64,000 bases of DNA from Alphaproteobacteria bacterium (GTDB lineage Bacteria; Pseudomonadota; Alphaproteobacteria; Rs-D84; CACZYB01), in NCBI GenBank assembly GCA_017938435.1, contig JAGBBO010000037.1, positions 1,616 through 65,615 of the forward strand, given 5' to 3'. The translations under genes and the position numbers were made by a program. Of the stretch, positions 21,145 to 31,985 are shown piece after piece; within the stretch, counting starts at the first letter, position 1; every line of letters starts with the position of its first letter. A model generated the notes under the pieces. That model ran no database searches. It had not been told where the DNA came from and was given only the letters and a program-made list of their open reading frames with translations.

Positions 21145-22098
21145 ATGAGAAAATCTTTAAGGAAAAATGACGAACTAAGAAATATTGAATTAAAAACAGG
21201 TGTAAATAAATACGCTGATGGTTCATGTTTAATTACTTGTGGTGATACACAAGTGATGTGTACTGCAACAATAGAACCAAAAGTTCCTTTGTTTTTGAAA
21301 CATTCTGGTCAAGGTTGGGTAACTGCAGAATATGGTATGCTTCCAGGTTCATGCACAACTCGTGTTGACAGGGACAAGGCAAAACAAGGTGGTCGCACTG
21401 CTGAAATTCAAAGATTGATTGGTCGTTCACTTCGTTCTGTTGTTGATTTACAAAAACTTGGTGAAAGACAAGTTATTATTGATTGCGATGTTATCCAAGC
21501 AGATGGTGGCACACGCACTGCATCAATCACTGGTGGATATATTGCTTTATACATTGCTCTTAAAAAATTACAACAAAAGCAAAGATGGACTACCTCCCCT
21601 ATCCTTGATATGGTTGCAGGTATTTCATGTGGTATTGTTAATGGTGAAATTCTTCTTGACCTTGATTACGAAGAAGATAGTAATGCCGAAACAGATAGTA
21701 ATTTTGTTATGACAGAAAGTGGTGGTATTGTTGAAATCCAAGGAACTGCTGAAAAAATCCCATTCACTGAAAATGAACTAACAAAACTTATTACAACTGC
21801 AAAAGCTGGACTTGCAACTATATTTGAAAAACAAAAAGAAGCTATTCAAAAAATAGATGAAGAACTTGAAGCTGAAAAACAAGCAAGATTAGAAGCAAGA
21901 CTTGCTATGGCTGCAGAAATAGAAGAAAAAAAACTTAAGAAAGCATTAAAAAAGGAAATAAATGGTAATACATTAGCAGAACCTACTTTAAAACCTGTAA
22001 AAATGATGAAAAATTCTTCAAAGAAAAAAACTTCTAAAAAAGTTTTAGATGAAAACGGAGATATCAACGGAAACATAGCTGACAATGCGGAGGTATAA
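21145..22098 (+). CDS. rph: Ribonuclease PH with a charged C-terminal extension
   Basis: GWVTAEYGMLP, EIQRLIGRSLR, DCDVIQADGGTRTASITG, LDLDYEEDS. Confidence 0.96.
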   Translation: MRKSLRKNDELRNIELKTGVNKYADGSCLITCGDTQVMCTATIEPKVPLFLKHSGQGWVTAEYGMLPGSCTTRVDRDKAKQGGRTAEIQRLIGRSLRSVVDLQKLGERQVIIDCDVIQADGGTRTASITGGYIALYIALKKLQQKQRWTTSPILDMVAGISCGIVNGEILLDLDYEEDSNAETDSNFVMTESGGIVEIQGTAEKIPFTENELTKLITTAKAGLATIFEKQKEAIQKIDEELEAEKQARLEARLAMAAEIEEKKLKKALKKEINGNTLAEPTLKPVKMMKNSSKKKTSKKVLDENGDINGNIADNAEV

Positions 22099-22099
22099 T

Positions 22100-22813
22100 A
22101 TGTCAAAAAATAAAACTGAAAAAAAATTATCATTAAAAGAACAATATATCGAAAGCCAAAAAAATGCTTTCTTTCGTGAAGTCCAAGAAGATGTTCAAGC
22201 CGAACAACTTTCAAAAATTTGGCAAAAATATAAAAACTATATCATATCTATAATTGTTCTTATCCTTGCAATTACTATCGCAAAAAATTGGTTTATCACA
22301 TATAAAAAAGATATAAGTTTAAAAAATGCAAAAAGATTTGAACAAATTATGTCAAAAGAAAATGTATCTGTTGATACTCGTATTTCTGAATTAAAAGAAT
22401 TTGCAAACGAAGCAAAATTCGGCTACAAAAATATTGCATATTTCAATATTTATTCAACACAAATTGAAAACAATAAATATAATGATGCAATAGATACTCT
22501 TAACGATATAATAAAAAATTCATCAGATGAGGTTTTTGAAAATCTTGCAATAATAAAACTTGGCACAATGCTTTCATCTCTTTCTGGAAAAGATTTAACT
22601 GCAATAAAAAAGAACTTATTATATATAAACTCATCAAAACCATTATCTGCTGTTGCAAAATTTGTTCTTGGCTCTATCTATGTAAAAGAAAATAATTTTG
22701 ATTCTGCAGAAAAGATTTTCGAAGATTTAGTCGATAATATAAATCTTCCAGTAAGTCTTAAATCTCAAAGTTTAACATTATTGAATTACATAAAATCTGC
22801 AAAAACAAAATAA
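22100..22813 (+). CDS. YfgM/DUF2659-like TPR membrane protein
   Basis: FFREVQEDV..E.L..IW.KY, then a TM segment and helical repeats; precedes a BamB-like gene. Confidence 0.75.
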   Translation: MSKNKTEKKLSLKEQYIESQKNAFFREVQEDVQAEQLSKIWQKYKNYIISIIVLILAITIAKNWFITYKKDISLKNAKRFEQIMSKENVSVDTRISELKEFANEAKFGYKNIAYFNIYSTQIENNKYNDAIDTLNDIIKNSSDEVFENLAIIKLGTMLSSLSGKDLTAIKKNLLYINSSKPLSAVAKFVLGSIYVKENNFDSAEKIFEDLVDNINLPVSLKSQSLTLLNYIKSAKTK

Positions 22814-22834
22814 AAATATAGGAGGGAAAATAAA

Positions 22835-24100
22835 ATGAAAAAAATGCAAAATATGAAAAAAAAGCTGGGTATTTTATTTTCCTCTGCCTTAATTTTTGGT
22901 TGTGAAAGTGCTCCTCAACCACTTCAAGGTAAAAAAATTTCTATATTCAATAAAACCCAAAATCAAAGTATAGAACAAAAACAAATTATACTTGAAAAAC
23001 CATATATAAACAAAGAATGGACATCAACCGGTGGTAATTCTGAAAACAATATGGGACACATCGCAGGACACAAAAAATTTCACAAACTTTATTCAAATGA
23101 TATTGGAACTTCTAGTTCAAAAAAACAAATTCTTTATACCCCTGTTGCAAACGAAGATTTAATTTTTACCATTTCGGGAAATCTTCGCTTAACTGCAACA
23201 AATATAAATACTGGAAAAACAGTTTGGTTTCATAAATTTTCAAACAAAGATTTAATTACATTTGGTGCTCTTGCATTAAATAATAATGATTTGTATTTAA
23301 TAACAAACAACGCACAACTTGTTAAACTTAATGCTAAAACAGGTGAAATCATCTATAGCAAGTATTTCAATACTACTCTAAAATCTGGGCTTACTTTTTG
23401 TAATAACAAACTATTTTTTACAACAGATAATAATGAAACATTTGCAATCAATCCATCAAACGGGGAAAAAGAATATATCCACAAAACTATTGAGGAAAGT
23501 TCTTCTTTTATAAAAGGTTCCACCCCTGCTTGCAAAGATGATAAACTTATCACTACTTTCTCAAATGGTGAAGTTCATATGATTATGGCTGATACATCAA
23601 CTGCAATATGGCTTGATTCTGCATATAAAATCAATACATCTAATATAAATAACATTTCCGATATCATTGCAAATCCTGTAATAAATAAAGATACCGTAAT
23701 TGTAAAAAGTTATAATGATATTACAAAAGCATTTAACATAAACGATGGCTCTACTATTTGGATTACATCAAACGGTGGTAAAACGACTCCTATTATATCA
23801 AATAATATTATGTTTGATATAGACAATAACAAAATAGTTTTTGCCTCCAATGCAATAACAGGAAATAAAATTTGGGAAACAAAACTTGATATAGGTAAAA
23901 ATGATATTTTCTTTGATCCTCTTTTAATAAATAATCAACTTATTATCCCTGTATCAAATGGTGATTTAATAAAGGTAAATCCATATAATGGTCAGATTAT
24001 TGAAACGGAAAACCTTACATCAAAAATCGATGTTTCCCCTATTGTCATAAATGACAAGTTAATAATAATTTCCAACGGAGATTTAGAGGTTTTTAATTAA
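22835..24100 (+). CDS. PQQ-like beta-propeller lipoprotein (BamB-like)
   Basis: Lipobox-like LIFGC; repeated A.N..TG...W blades. Confidence 0.8.
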   Translation: MKKMQNMKKKLGILFSSALIFGCESAPQPLQGKKISIFNKTQNQSIEQKQIILEKPYINKEWTSTGGNSENNMGHIAGHKKFHKLYSNDIGTSSSKKQILYTPVANEDLIFTISGNLRLTATNINTGKTVWFHKFSNKDLITFGALALNNNDLYLITNNAQLVKLNAKTGEIIYSKYFNTTLKSGLTFCNNKLFFTTDNNETFAINPSNGEKEYIHKTIEESSSFIKGSTPACKDDKLITTFSNGEVHMIMADTSTAIWLDSAYKINTSNINNISDIIANPVINKDTVIVKSYNDITKAFNINDGSTIWITSNGGKTTPIISNNIMFDIDNNKIVFASNAITGNKIWETKLDIGKNDIFFDPLLINNQLIIPVSNGDLIKVNPYNGQIIETENLTSKIDVSPIVINDKLIIISNGDLEVFN

Positions 24101-25158
24101 ACCTCTTTTTTATTTTTTCTTTTGAAAAAGTTCAATATCTTCTGCCACCATAGATAATCTAAACTATTTTGAAGTTCCCTAAGATATCCTTCATCCATTC
24201 TATAACCATGCATAGTTTTAAGTCGTCTTAACACTTTAATAAACTTTTTATATTCTGGATGCGTTGGGTCCCAACAAGTATATCTTTCATACTCCTCACC
24301 CATTTTTGTATTAGGCCAATTTCTATACTTCCAAAAAGCAACCCTTGCTCCTAACTTGTTCCCTAATTTTACAAACTTAGGCATCTCTTTATAATTCAAA
24401 GAATGAGCAACAAAAATCAAAGTAAAATCTATATCTTGTTCTTTTGAAATTTTAGATAAGTACTTTAAATTTTTAATAATTTGTTCCCAATGTCCACCAC
24501 GAACAATTTTTTCATAAGTTTTCTTTGTCGCAGCATGCACAGAAATTTCAATCCTATGAATTTTATTTTCTAAACCAAAATCTTTTATATGTTTTTCATC
24601 AAACAAAAGACCATTAGAATGAACTTGGAACTCTAACAAAGGATATGTATCTGTAAGTTTATTAACAACATGTTTCAAATGATTACTTGTAAATAATTCA
24701 CCGCCACCGTTAAGATAAATCAAATCTGCATTTTTACAAATATGCACAATTTTATCAGCAACCTCATCAAAACATTTTGTTTGCTCTTTTGTTTCCACAT
24801 CCAAAACATCACGGCATGTTTTACATCTTACATTACAAGACCTAACATAACTTAAATTCACAGTCTGTGGAAACGGAGGATGTAAAAAATTTTCATCTTT
24901 TGGATAATCTTCTTTATTAAATCTACAAAATTCGTGCCATTCACCACAAATATCTAAATTGCAATATTTATAGCTCCCATCTAAAATAGATTTTCTAAAT
25001 TCTGTTGCCTTTTCCCCATACCACATATCTTCAAATGAATCTTTGAAAATATTACCAATAAAATAGTTGTTATTATAAGCCGGACAACAAAAAGAAACAT
25101 TACCATCCCACTCAATAGTAAATCTCATAAATGGAAAAGAACAATACTTTTTCATCAA
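24097..25158 (-). CDS. Radical SAM protein with an N-terminal SPASM-like domain
   Basis: C..PF...I..DG.V..CC....IGNI......W at the N-terminus; CNVRCKTC; GGELF; SNG. Confidence 0.85.
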   Translation of the reverse strand: MMKKYCSFPFMRFTIEWDGNVSFCCPAYNNNYFIGNIFKDSFEDMWYGEKATEFRKSILDGSYKYCNLDICGEWHEFCRFNKEDYPKDENFLHPPFPQTVNLSYVRSCNVRCKTCRDVLDVETKEQTKCFDEVADKIVHICKNADLIYLNGGGELFTSNHLKHVVNKLTDTYPLLEFQVHSNGLLFDEKHIKDFGLENKIHRIEISVHAATKKTYEKIVRGGHWEQIIKNLKYLSKISKEQDIDFTLIFVAHSLNYKEMPKFVKLGNKLGARVAFWKYRNWPNTKMGEEYERYTCWDPTHPEYKKFIKVLRRLKTMHGYRMDEGYLRELQNSLDYLWWQKILNFFKRKNKKEV

Positions 25159-25171
25159 CTATCCTCCATAT

Positions 25172-27013
25172 TTACTTTTTAACATATTTCAATAATGCTG
25201 TCAATCCAGCAGGTGTCATCCCAGGGATTCGCGATGCACTAGCCAAAGTAGTAGGCTTCGCCTTTTTAAGTTTAGCCCTCAATTCCAAATTAAGTCCACC
25301 TATTTTATCATAATCAATGTTATAAGGTATCTTTAATTCTTGATCTTTTTTATACGAAGCAATATCCATTTCCTGTCGTTTAAGATATCCTTGATATTTA
25401 CCCTCAATTTCAACTTGTTTAATAATATTATAAGGATATTCTGCCACTTCTGGAAAAATAGTTTCAATTTTATTCATATCAAGTTCACTATATTTCAAAG
25501 CCTCATAAGCATCAGACCCAGCGGCACCACAACCTTCACATTCAACAAGTTTAAGTTTTTTATTATTTAATTTTTTTGATTTCAAAAAAGTTTTAAGATT
25601 CACAATCTGTTTCATTTTTTCATCAAAAAGTTTTTTTCTTTTTTCTCCAACACAACCAATCTTTATACCAATAGAAGTAAGTCTTTGGTCCGCATTATCA
25701 GCCCTAATACTTAAACGATATTCAGATCTTGCAGTAAACATTCTGTATGGCTCATCAACACCCAAAGTAGTAATATCATCAACCAATACACCAATATATG
25801 CCTGACTTCTATCAAGAACTAATTCATCTTCCCCTTTTGCAAAAAGCCCTGCATTTATTCCAGCCAAAATACCCTGAGATGCAGCCTCTTCATAACCACT
25901 TGTTCCATTTATTTGACCTGCAAAATAAAGTCCATTTATTCTTTTTGAACCAAGTGTTGGTTTAAGTTCTCTTGCATCAATCGCATCATATTCAATCGCA
26001 TAACCATAACGAAGAATTTTTACATTTTCCAATCCCTTTATCGAATGTATAAAATCTTCTTGCACATCTTTTGGTAAAGAGGTTGAAATACCATTAGGAT
26101 AAATAACATCTGAACCATATCCTTCTTGTTCCAAAAATATATGATGAGAAGGATGTGATGCAAACCTAACAACTTTATCTTCGATACTTGGGCAATATCT
26201 TGGCCCAATAGATTTTATCTGACCATTATAAAGAGGAGTTCTATCTTTGTTATCAGTAATAATTTTATGTGTCTTTGCATTAGTATAAGTTATATAACAA
26301 GGTAGCAATTCTTGGGAAATTTTATCTGTCATATAAGAAAATGCTTCCGGAGGATTATCACTTTCCTGACACTCTAACCCATCATAATTTATTGTAGCCA
26401 TAGAAAGTCTTGCTGGTGTTCCAGTTTTAAGTCTTAATATTTCAAAGCCAGCTTTTTTTAATGATTCTGTGATTCCATAACTTGCCTTTTCTCCAACTCT
26501 ACCACCCTTAGTTTGTTCTTCACCTGTATGCATAACACCATTTAAAAAAGTTCCAGTAGTAAGAACAACTGATTTACAATTTATTATTCCATTAGATTTT
26601 AAAACAATACCACAAACATTTTCAAATTTATCATCAAACAAAATTTCAACAGCTTCATCTTCTATGATATCCAAAGTTTTCTGCTCTGCTAAAATTTCAT
26701 TAACTGCTTTTTTATACAAAGTTCTATCAGCTTGAGCTCTTGGTCCTTGAACCGCAGCACCCTTTGATGCATTAAGAACTCTAAACTGAGTTCCTGCTTT
26801 ATCAATAGCCCTTGCCATAACACCATCAAGAGCATCTATTTCACGAACCAAATGTCCTTTCCCAAGACCACCAATAGATGGATTACATGACATTTCACCA
26901 ATATTTGTTTTCATAAAAGTAACAAGTGCAGTTCTAAGTCCTAATCTTGCAGAAGCAGAACTTGCCTCTATTCCTGCATGACCACCACCTATGACAACAA
27001 CATCATAATTCAT
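25172..27013 (-). CDS. mnmG: tRNA uridine-5-carboxymethylaminomethyl modification enzyme MnmG (GidA)
   Basis: VIGGGHAG.EA, MSCNPSIGG, GPRYCPSIEDK, AGQINGTSGYEEA; ATG at 27013. Confidence 0.98.
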   Translation of the reverse strand: MNYDVVVIGGGHAGIEASSASARLGLRTALVTFMKTNIGEMSCNPSIGGLGKGHLVREIDALDGVMARAIDKAGTQFRVLNASKGAAVQGPRAQADRTLYKKAVNEILAEQKTLDIIEDEAVEILFDDKFENVCGIVLKSNGIINCKSVVLTTGTFLNGVMHTGEEQTKGGRVGEKASYGITESLKKAGFEILRLKTGTPARLSMATINYDGLECQESDNPPEAFSYMTDKISQELLPCYITYTNAKTHKIITDNKDRTPLYNGQIKSIGPRYCPSIEDKVVRFASHPSHHIFLEQEGYGSDVIYPNGISTSLPKDVQEDFIHSIKGLENVKILRYGYAIEYDAIDARELKPTLGSKRINGLYFAGQINGTSGYEEAASQGILAGINAGLFAKGEDELVLDRSQAYIGVLVDDITTLGVDEPYRMFTARSEYRLSIRADNADQRLTSIGIKIGCVGEKRKKLFDEKMKQIVNLKTFLKSKKLNNKKLKLVECEGCGAAGSDAYEALKYSELDMNKIETIFPEVAEYPYNIIKQVEIEGKYQGYLKRQEMDIASYKKDQELKIPYNIDYDKIGGLNLELRAKLKKAKPTTLASASRIPGMTPAGLTALLKYVKK

Positions 27014-27089
27014 TTTTTGCCTCAAATTTAATAAAAACACCTTGCTATATTATAGCAATAATCAGAATAATATCAATTATTTTTAAAAA

Positions 27090-27872
27090 TTATCTACTAT
27101 TTTCTTGTGATAAAAGAAGAGTAATAGCAAATGGAAGTATAGTTATATATTCTTCTTTATCAATCATAGCATCAGGTTTCATACCTGCTAAAAAATCAAC
27201 TTTTGATTTTTCTTTGTTATAACCAACAGCAATAGTTTTCATTCCTGCATCTTTACCCATTTGAATATCACATGGAGAATCCCCAATCATCACAGATCTA
27301 TCCAAAGGAATACCAACTTCTTGAGCAATATAATTTACAATAGCAGTATTAGGTTTATCATCAAAATTCTTACCACCTTCTGTTGCTTCAATAATTGAAA
27401 AATAATCTCTCATACCGTGCATTTTCATAAATGTTAAAATAGAAGTCAAATCGCGTGACGAAGCAATCGCAAGGGCAATATCTGTTTTTGCTAATGATTT
27501 AATAACACTTTTCATATTATCGTAAAAATACATTTGTTTTATATATTGCGTTTCATTGGAAAGTTTTGTAATCAAAGGTTGATATTTTTTCAGATAAATT
27601 TGTTTTTGTTCTTCCAAATCCTTACCCCAACCAAAATACTCTTTATCCCAGTTTGTAAAAACATTTTTTACTATATATTCAGAATGAGGAAGATTAAGTC
27701 TTTTCATCGCATCTTCCATCAAGATATAAAACATTTCTTGAGATTTAACCAAAGTTTCATCAAAATCAAAAACAGCCAATCTTGATTTTTCAACTGGTTC
27801 TTTTCCAAATGAGTAAACTGACACAGCATTAAACTTTTCTTTTAATTTAGCATTTTTTTCTATTGAATTCAT
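27090..27872 (-). CDS. HAD-superfamily phosphatase (phosphoglycolate phosphatase-like)
   Basis: FDFDETL, IASS, KP, MIGDS..DI..G..AG. Confidence 0.88.
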   Translation of the reverse strand: MNSIEKNAKLKEKFNAVSVYSFGKEPVEKSRLAVFDFDETLVKSQEMFYILMEDAMKRLNLPHSEYIVKNVFTNWDKEYFGWGKDLEEQKQIYLKKYQPLITKLSNETQYIKQMYFYDNMKSVIKSLAKTDIALAIASSRDLTSILTFMKMHGMRDYFSIIEATEGGKNFDDKPNTAIVNYIAQEVGIPLDRSVMIGDSPCDIQMGKDAGMKTIAVGYNKEKSKVDFLAGMKPDAMIDKEEYITILPFAITLLLSQENSR

Positions 27873-27935
27873 TTTAAAACCTTATTATCATAGTTCTATT
27901 ATTAAATATGACGAATATTAACAAAGGAAATAATT

Positions 27936-30900
27936 ATGTCAAGTAAAAATATTTATCCTGAATCTGTTGCAAAACCAAATTTTCCAGAAATAGAAGAAAA
28001 AGTTCTTGCTTTTTGGAACAAAGAAAAAATTTTCGAACGCTCAGTTGATGAACGCGATGAAAAGGACGAATTTGTTTTTTATGATGGACCTCCATTTGCA
28101 AATGGACTTCCTCATTATGGTCATGTGTTGCAAAGTTTTGCAAAGGATACCGTTGCTCGTTATCAAACAATGCTTGGAAACAAAGTAAAACGCCGTTGGG
28201 GTTGGGATTGTCATGGACTTCCACCTGAACTTAAAACAGAAAAAGAACTTGGCATTTCTGGTAAAAAAGCTATTGAAAATTATGGCGTTGATAAATTTAC
28301 AACAAAATGTCGTGAAGATGTATTGACCTATACCAATGAATGGAAAGGTATTATTAACCGTCTTGGTCGTTGGGTTGATATGGAAAATTCTTATAAAACA
28401 ATGGACAAGGAATATTCTGAAAGTATTCTTTGGGCATTCAAAACACTATATGAAAAAGGACTTCTTTACGAAGATTTTCGTATCCTTCCATATTCATGGG
28501 CTGCGGAAACACCTCTTTCAAATTTTGAAGTAAACCAAGGTTATCAGGATAAAACAGATAATACTGCAACTGTTAAATTTAATCTTGAAAATGGTTTAAC
28601 ACTTCTTGCATGGACAACAACACCATGGACTCTTCCATCAAATTTAATGCTTGTTGTTGGTCGCGACATTGATTACTCAATTTACGAATTAAATGGTGAA
28701 AAATTAGTTCTCGCTACTGCTCGCACATCTGCATATAAAAAAGAACTTGCAAATGCAACATTTATTCGCGAAATCAAAGGAAGCGAACTTGTTGGTTTAC
28801 ATTATACACCACTTTTCCCATACTTTGCAGATTATCGTGAAAAATATGATGCTTTCCAAGTTTTATCTGGGGAATATGTTTCAATCGAAGATGGAACCGG
28901 TGTTGTTCATACTGCACCTGGATTTGGTGAAGACGATTTTAATGTATGTAAATCTTTCAACAAAGATTTTCCTGTTCTTTGCCCTGTTGATGGCGAAGGT
29001 AAATTTACATCCGAAGTTTCTGACTATGCTGGTATGCAAGTATTTGATACAAATGACTTAATATTTACAAAATTAAAGGAAGAAGGTAAACTTTTCCAAA
29101 AATCACAAATTACTCACTCATATCCTTTCTGTTGGAGAACTGATAAACCTCTTATCTATAAAGCAATGAGCTCTTGGTTCGTTCGTGTAGAAAACATAAA
29201 GGACGAGTTAATCAAAGCAAATGAAAATATAACATGGATTCCTGAACATATTAAATATGGTCGTTTTGGAAAATGGTTAGAGGGTGCTCGTGATTGGTCT
29301 ATTTCAAGAAACAGATTCTGGGGTGTTCCACTTCCTGTTTGGAAATCTGATGATCCAAAATATCCAAGGATTGATGTTTTTGGATCTATTGCTGAAATTG
29401 AAAAGGCATCAGGTATGAAAGTTGTTGATTTACACCGTCCATACATTGATAAAATTGTATATCCAAACCCTGATGATCCGACTGGAAAATCAATGATGCG
29501 TCGTATTCCTGATGTATTTGATTGTTGGTTTGAAAGTGGTTCCATGCCATTTGCATCTTGCCACTATCCATTTGAAAACAAAGATTGGTTTGATAAACAC
29601 TTCCCTGCTGACTTCATCATCGAAGGAACTGACCAAACTCGTGGTTGGTTCTATACACTAACCGTTTTAGGTGTAGCATTATTTGGTCGTGCTCCATTCA
29701 AAACTTGTGTATGCTCTGGTTTTGTCTTTGATGAAAAGGGTCAAAAATTATCAAAAAAACTTAAAAATTATTCTGAACCAACTGAATTTTTTAATAAATA
29801 CGGTTCTGATGCCCTTCGTTGGATAATGTTATCATCTCCGGCATTAAGGGGTGAAATGATTAGATTATCAAAAGAAGGAACTGAAATTGCAGTATCTTCA
29901 AGAAAGGCTCAAATTCCATACTACAACGCATATCACTTCTTTACATTATATGCAAATGCTGATGGAATAAAGGCTGAATATAATACATCATCTGATGAAA
30001 TTATGGATAAATACATACTTTCAAAACTTGAGGAATTAAAGGAAAAAACAAAAATTTGTATGGATAATTATGATATTGCAACCTTTACAACATTATGTGA
30101 AAGATTCCTTGATATCCTTAATAACTGGTATATTCGTCAATGCCGTGAAAGATTCTGGGGAACAAGCGTTTCAAAAGAAACTCAAATCAAGGCATTTAAT
30201 ACACTCTACACTGTATTAATTGATATAACAAAGATTATGGCACCACTTATGCCATTTATCACTGATTTTATTTATAAAAATTTAACCGGAGAAAGTTCTG
30301 TTCACCTATCTCTTTATGCACAACCAACTGGTATAAAAGATACTGATTTAATCTCTGTTATGGATACAGTAATTTCTATCTGCTCAAGTGCGAAAACACT
30401 TCGTGAAGAAGCAAAAATCCGTAACCGTCAACCATTATCACTTATGACTATAGCATCTCCAAAATCTGAAATGTTAAAACCATATACTGATATTATAAAA
30501 ACAGAGTGTAATGTAAAAGAAATTGCATTTACAACAGATATTGATAAATATGCAAAAAAACTTCTTTATATTTACACTCCTATTGTTGGAAAACGCCTTG
30601 GTCGTGCATTAGCAGAAATTCAAAAAGCTGCAAAACAAAACCAATACGAAATAGTTGATGGTATTTGCAAGATTGCTGGTTATGAATTACAACCAAACGA
30701 ATTTGAAATAAAGGTCGAAGTTATTGGTAATTTCAAAGGAAAATCAACATCAGATAACTCTGCTGTTGTTTTGCTTGATACAAACATAACACCTGAACTT
30801 AAAATCGAAGGAATTATCCGTGATTTCATTCGTGCAATCCAAGAAAATAGAAAAAATCAAAACTTTAATATTTCAGACAGAATAACACTTAAATATTTTT

Positions 30901-31049
30901 CAACTTCTAATGAAATTATTGATGGTGTTAAAAAATTTGAATCTGAAATTTCTTCAACAACACTAGCAACTGAAATTTCTCTTGCTACTGCACCATTACA
31001 TGAAGAATTAGAAGATTCAGATTTAACTTTCGAAATAAATAAAATATAA
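27936..31049 (+). CDS. ileS: Isoleucine--tRNA ligase, type 2
   Basis: FYDGPPFANGLPHYGH, WTTTPWTLPSN, DWSISRNRFWG, KLSKK; no C-terminal Zn finger. Confidence 0.97.
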   Translation: MSSKNIYPESVAKPNFPEIEEKVLAFWNKEKIFERSVDERDEKDEFVFYDGPPFANGLPHYGHVLQSFAKDTVARYQTMLGNKVKRRWGWDCHGLPPELKTEKELGISGKKAIENYGVDKFTTKCREDVLTYTNEWKGIINRLGRWVDMENSYKTMDKEYSESILWAFKTLYEKGLLYEDFRILPYSWAAETPLSNFEVNQGYQDKTDNTATVKFNLENGLTLLAWTTTPWTLPSNLMLVVGRDIDYSIYELNGEKLVLATARTSAYKKELANATFIREIKGSELVGLHYTPLFPYFADYREKYDAFQVLSGEYVSIEDGTGVVHTAPGFGEDDFNVCKSFNKDFPVLCPVDGEGKFTSEVSDYAGMQVFDTNDLIFTKLKEEGKLFQKSQITHSYPFCWRTDKPLIYKAMSSWFVRVENIKDELIKANENITWIPEHIKYGRFGKWLEGARDWSISRNRFWGVPLPVWKSDDPKYPRIDVFGSIAEIEKASGMKVVDLHRPYIDKIVYPNPDDPTGKSMMRRIPDVFDCWFESGSMPFASCHYPFENKDWFDKHFPADFIIEGTDQTRGWFYTLTVLGVALFGRAPFKTCVCSGFVFDEKGQKLSKKLKNYSEPTEFFNKYGSDALRWIMLSSPALRGEMIRLSKEGTEIAVSSRKAQIPYYNAYHFFTLYANADGIKAEYNTSSDEIMDKYILSKLEELKEKTKICMDNYDIATFTTLCERFLDILNNWYIRQCRERFWGTSVSKETQIKAFNTLYTVLIDITKIMAPLMPFITDFIYKNLTGESSVHLSLYAQPTGIKDTDLISVMDTVISICSSAKTLREEAKIRNRQPLSLMTIASPKSEMLKPYTDIIKTECNVKEIAFTTDIDKYAKKLLYIYTPIVGKRLGRALAEIQKAAKQNQYEIVDGICKIAGYELQPNEFEIKVEVIGNFKGKSTSDNSAVVLLDTNITPELKIEGIIRDFIRAIQENRKNQNFNISDRITLKYFSTSNEIIDGVKKFESEISSTTLATEISLATAPLHEELEDSDLTFEINKI

Positions 31050-31085
31050 AAAAGAACTGGGATTTAAAAGATCCCAGTTTTTTTT
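31048..31085. terminator. Bidirectional intrinsic terminator
   Basis: AACTGGGAT/ATCCCAGTT stem flanked by A and T tracts. Confidence 0.75.
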
Positions 31086-31545
31086 ATCTTGTTTTTTGAT
31101 TATAAATATCTGGAATATTCAAATTATGATTTGAAACAACTTTTTGTAGAAGTTGTCTTAACTTATCTTCTGAAACAAACCCCCTAACAAAATCAGCAAC
31201 AACACTTGAAATATATTGTTTTTCTTCCATAATAGTTTTGCCTTCTTTTTTAGCAATATCCATAACTGCTTGATTATTAACAAAAGTTCCTGTTTGATAT
31301 CTCATATTATTCATAACAGCATTTCCATATTCGTCCTCTGAAAATACACCTAAAATCATATAATCGGATTGTTTAATACCTTTTTTATCCAATATTTGAC
31401 GAAGATAATAATGTCCCAAATGAATAACTTCAATTTTACCATCAACTTCATTTGCAAAATTATCATAAACTTTTTCAATTTTGCCAGTTTTTTTATTAAA
31501 ATATACAATAAAACTTATAAGTTTCATAATAACCTCTTTGTTCAA
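31084..31545 (-). CDS. Hypothetical protein
   Basis: ORF of about 147-153 aa; the ATG start at MKLISF has a GAGG RBS. Confidence 0.65.
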   Translation of the reverse strand: MNKEVIMKLISFIVYFNKKTGKIEKVYDNFANEVDGKIEVIHLGHYYLRQILDKKGIKQSDYMILGVFSEDEYGNAVMNNMRYQTGTFVNNQAVMDIAKKEGKTIMEEKQYISSVVADFVRGFVSEDKLRQLLQKVVSNHNLNIPDIYNQKTR

Positions 31546-31641
31546 AGTTTTAATTATTTATACCAAAATTTTTTGATTTGTCAACAAATAATAATAGTAT
31601 TTAATCAAAAAATATATTATAATGAAACAAAGGGGATAAAA

Positions 31642-31977
31642 ATGATAAAACAAGAAAAACTTTATTTAATTATAACCAATAAAAACAATGAAAAATGCCT
31701 TTTTCTTACACCTCAAACTATTTCTAAACTATTACCTATAAAACCAGAAATACTATATGATGGTGGCGAACATGCCATATTATATCGTAATACACAAGAA
31801 ACAATCATACTTGACTATCTACCATCATCACAAAGGGAAGATTTAAAAACCCTTTCTGAAATATTAACTGTTGAATATGATGTTAATACAAAAACTATTG
31901 TAAACGAATATATTTCAAAAGTTACTATAGTAAACAAGATACCTGATATATCAAATGATTTAGAAATAAAAAAATAG
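31642..31977 (+). CDS. Hypothetical protein
   Basis: ATG at 31642 with AAGGGG RBS; YDGGEHAILYR, IILDYLP. Confidence 0.7.
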   Translation: MIKQEKLYLIITNKNNEKCLFLTPQTISKLLPIKPEILYDGGEHAILYRNTQETIILDYLPSSQREDLKTLSEILTVEYDVNTKTIVNEYISKVTIVNKIPDISNDLEIKK

Positions 31978-31985
31978 GCATATTT

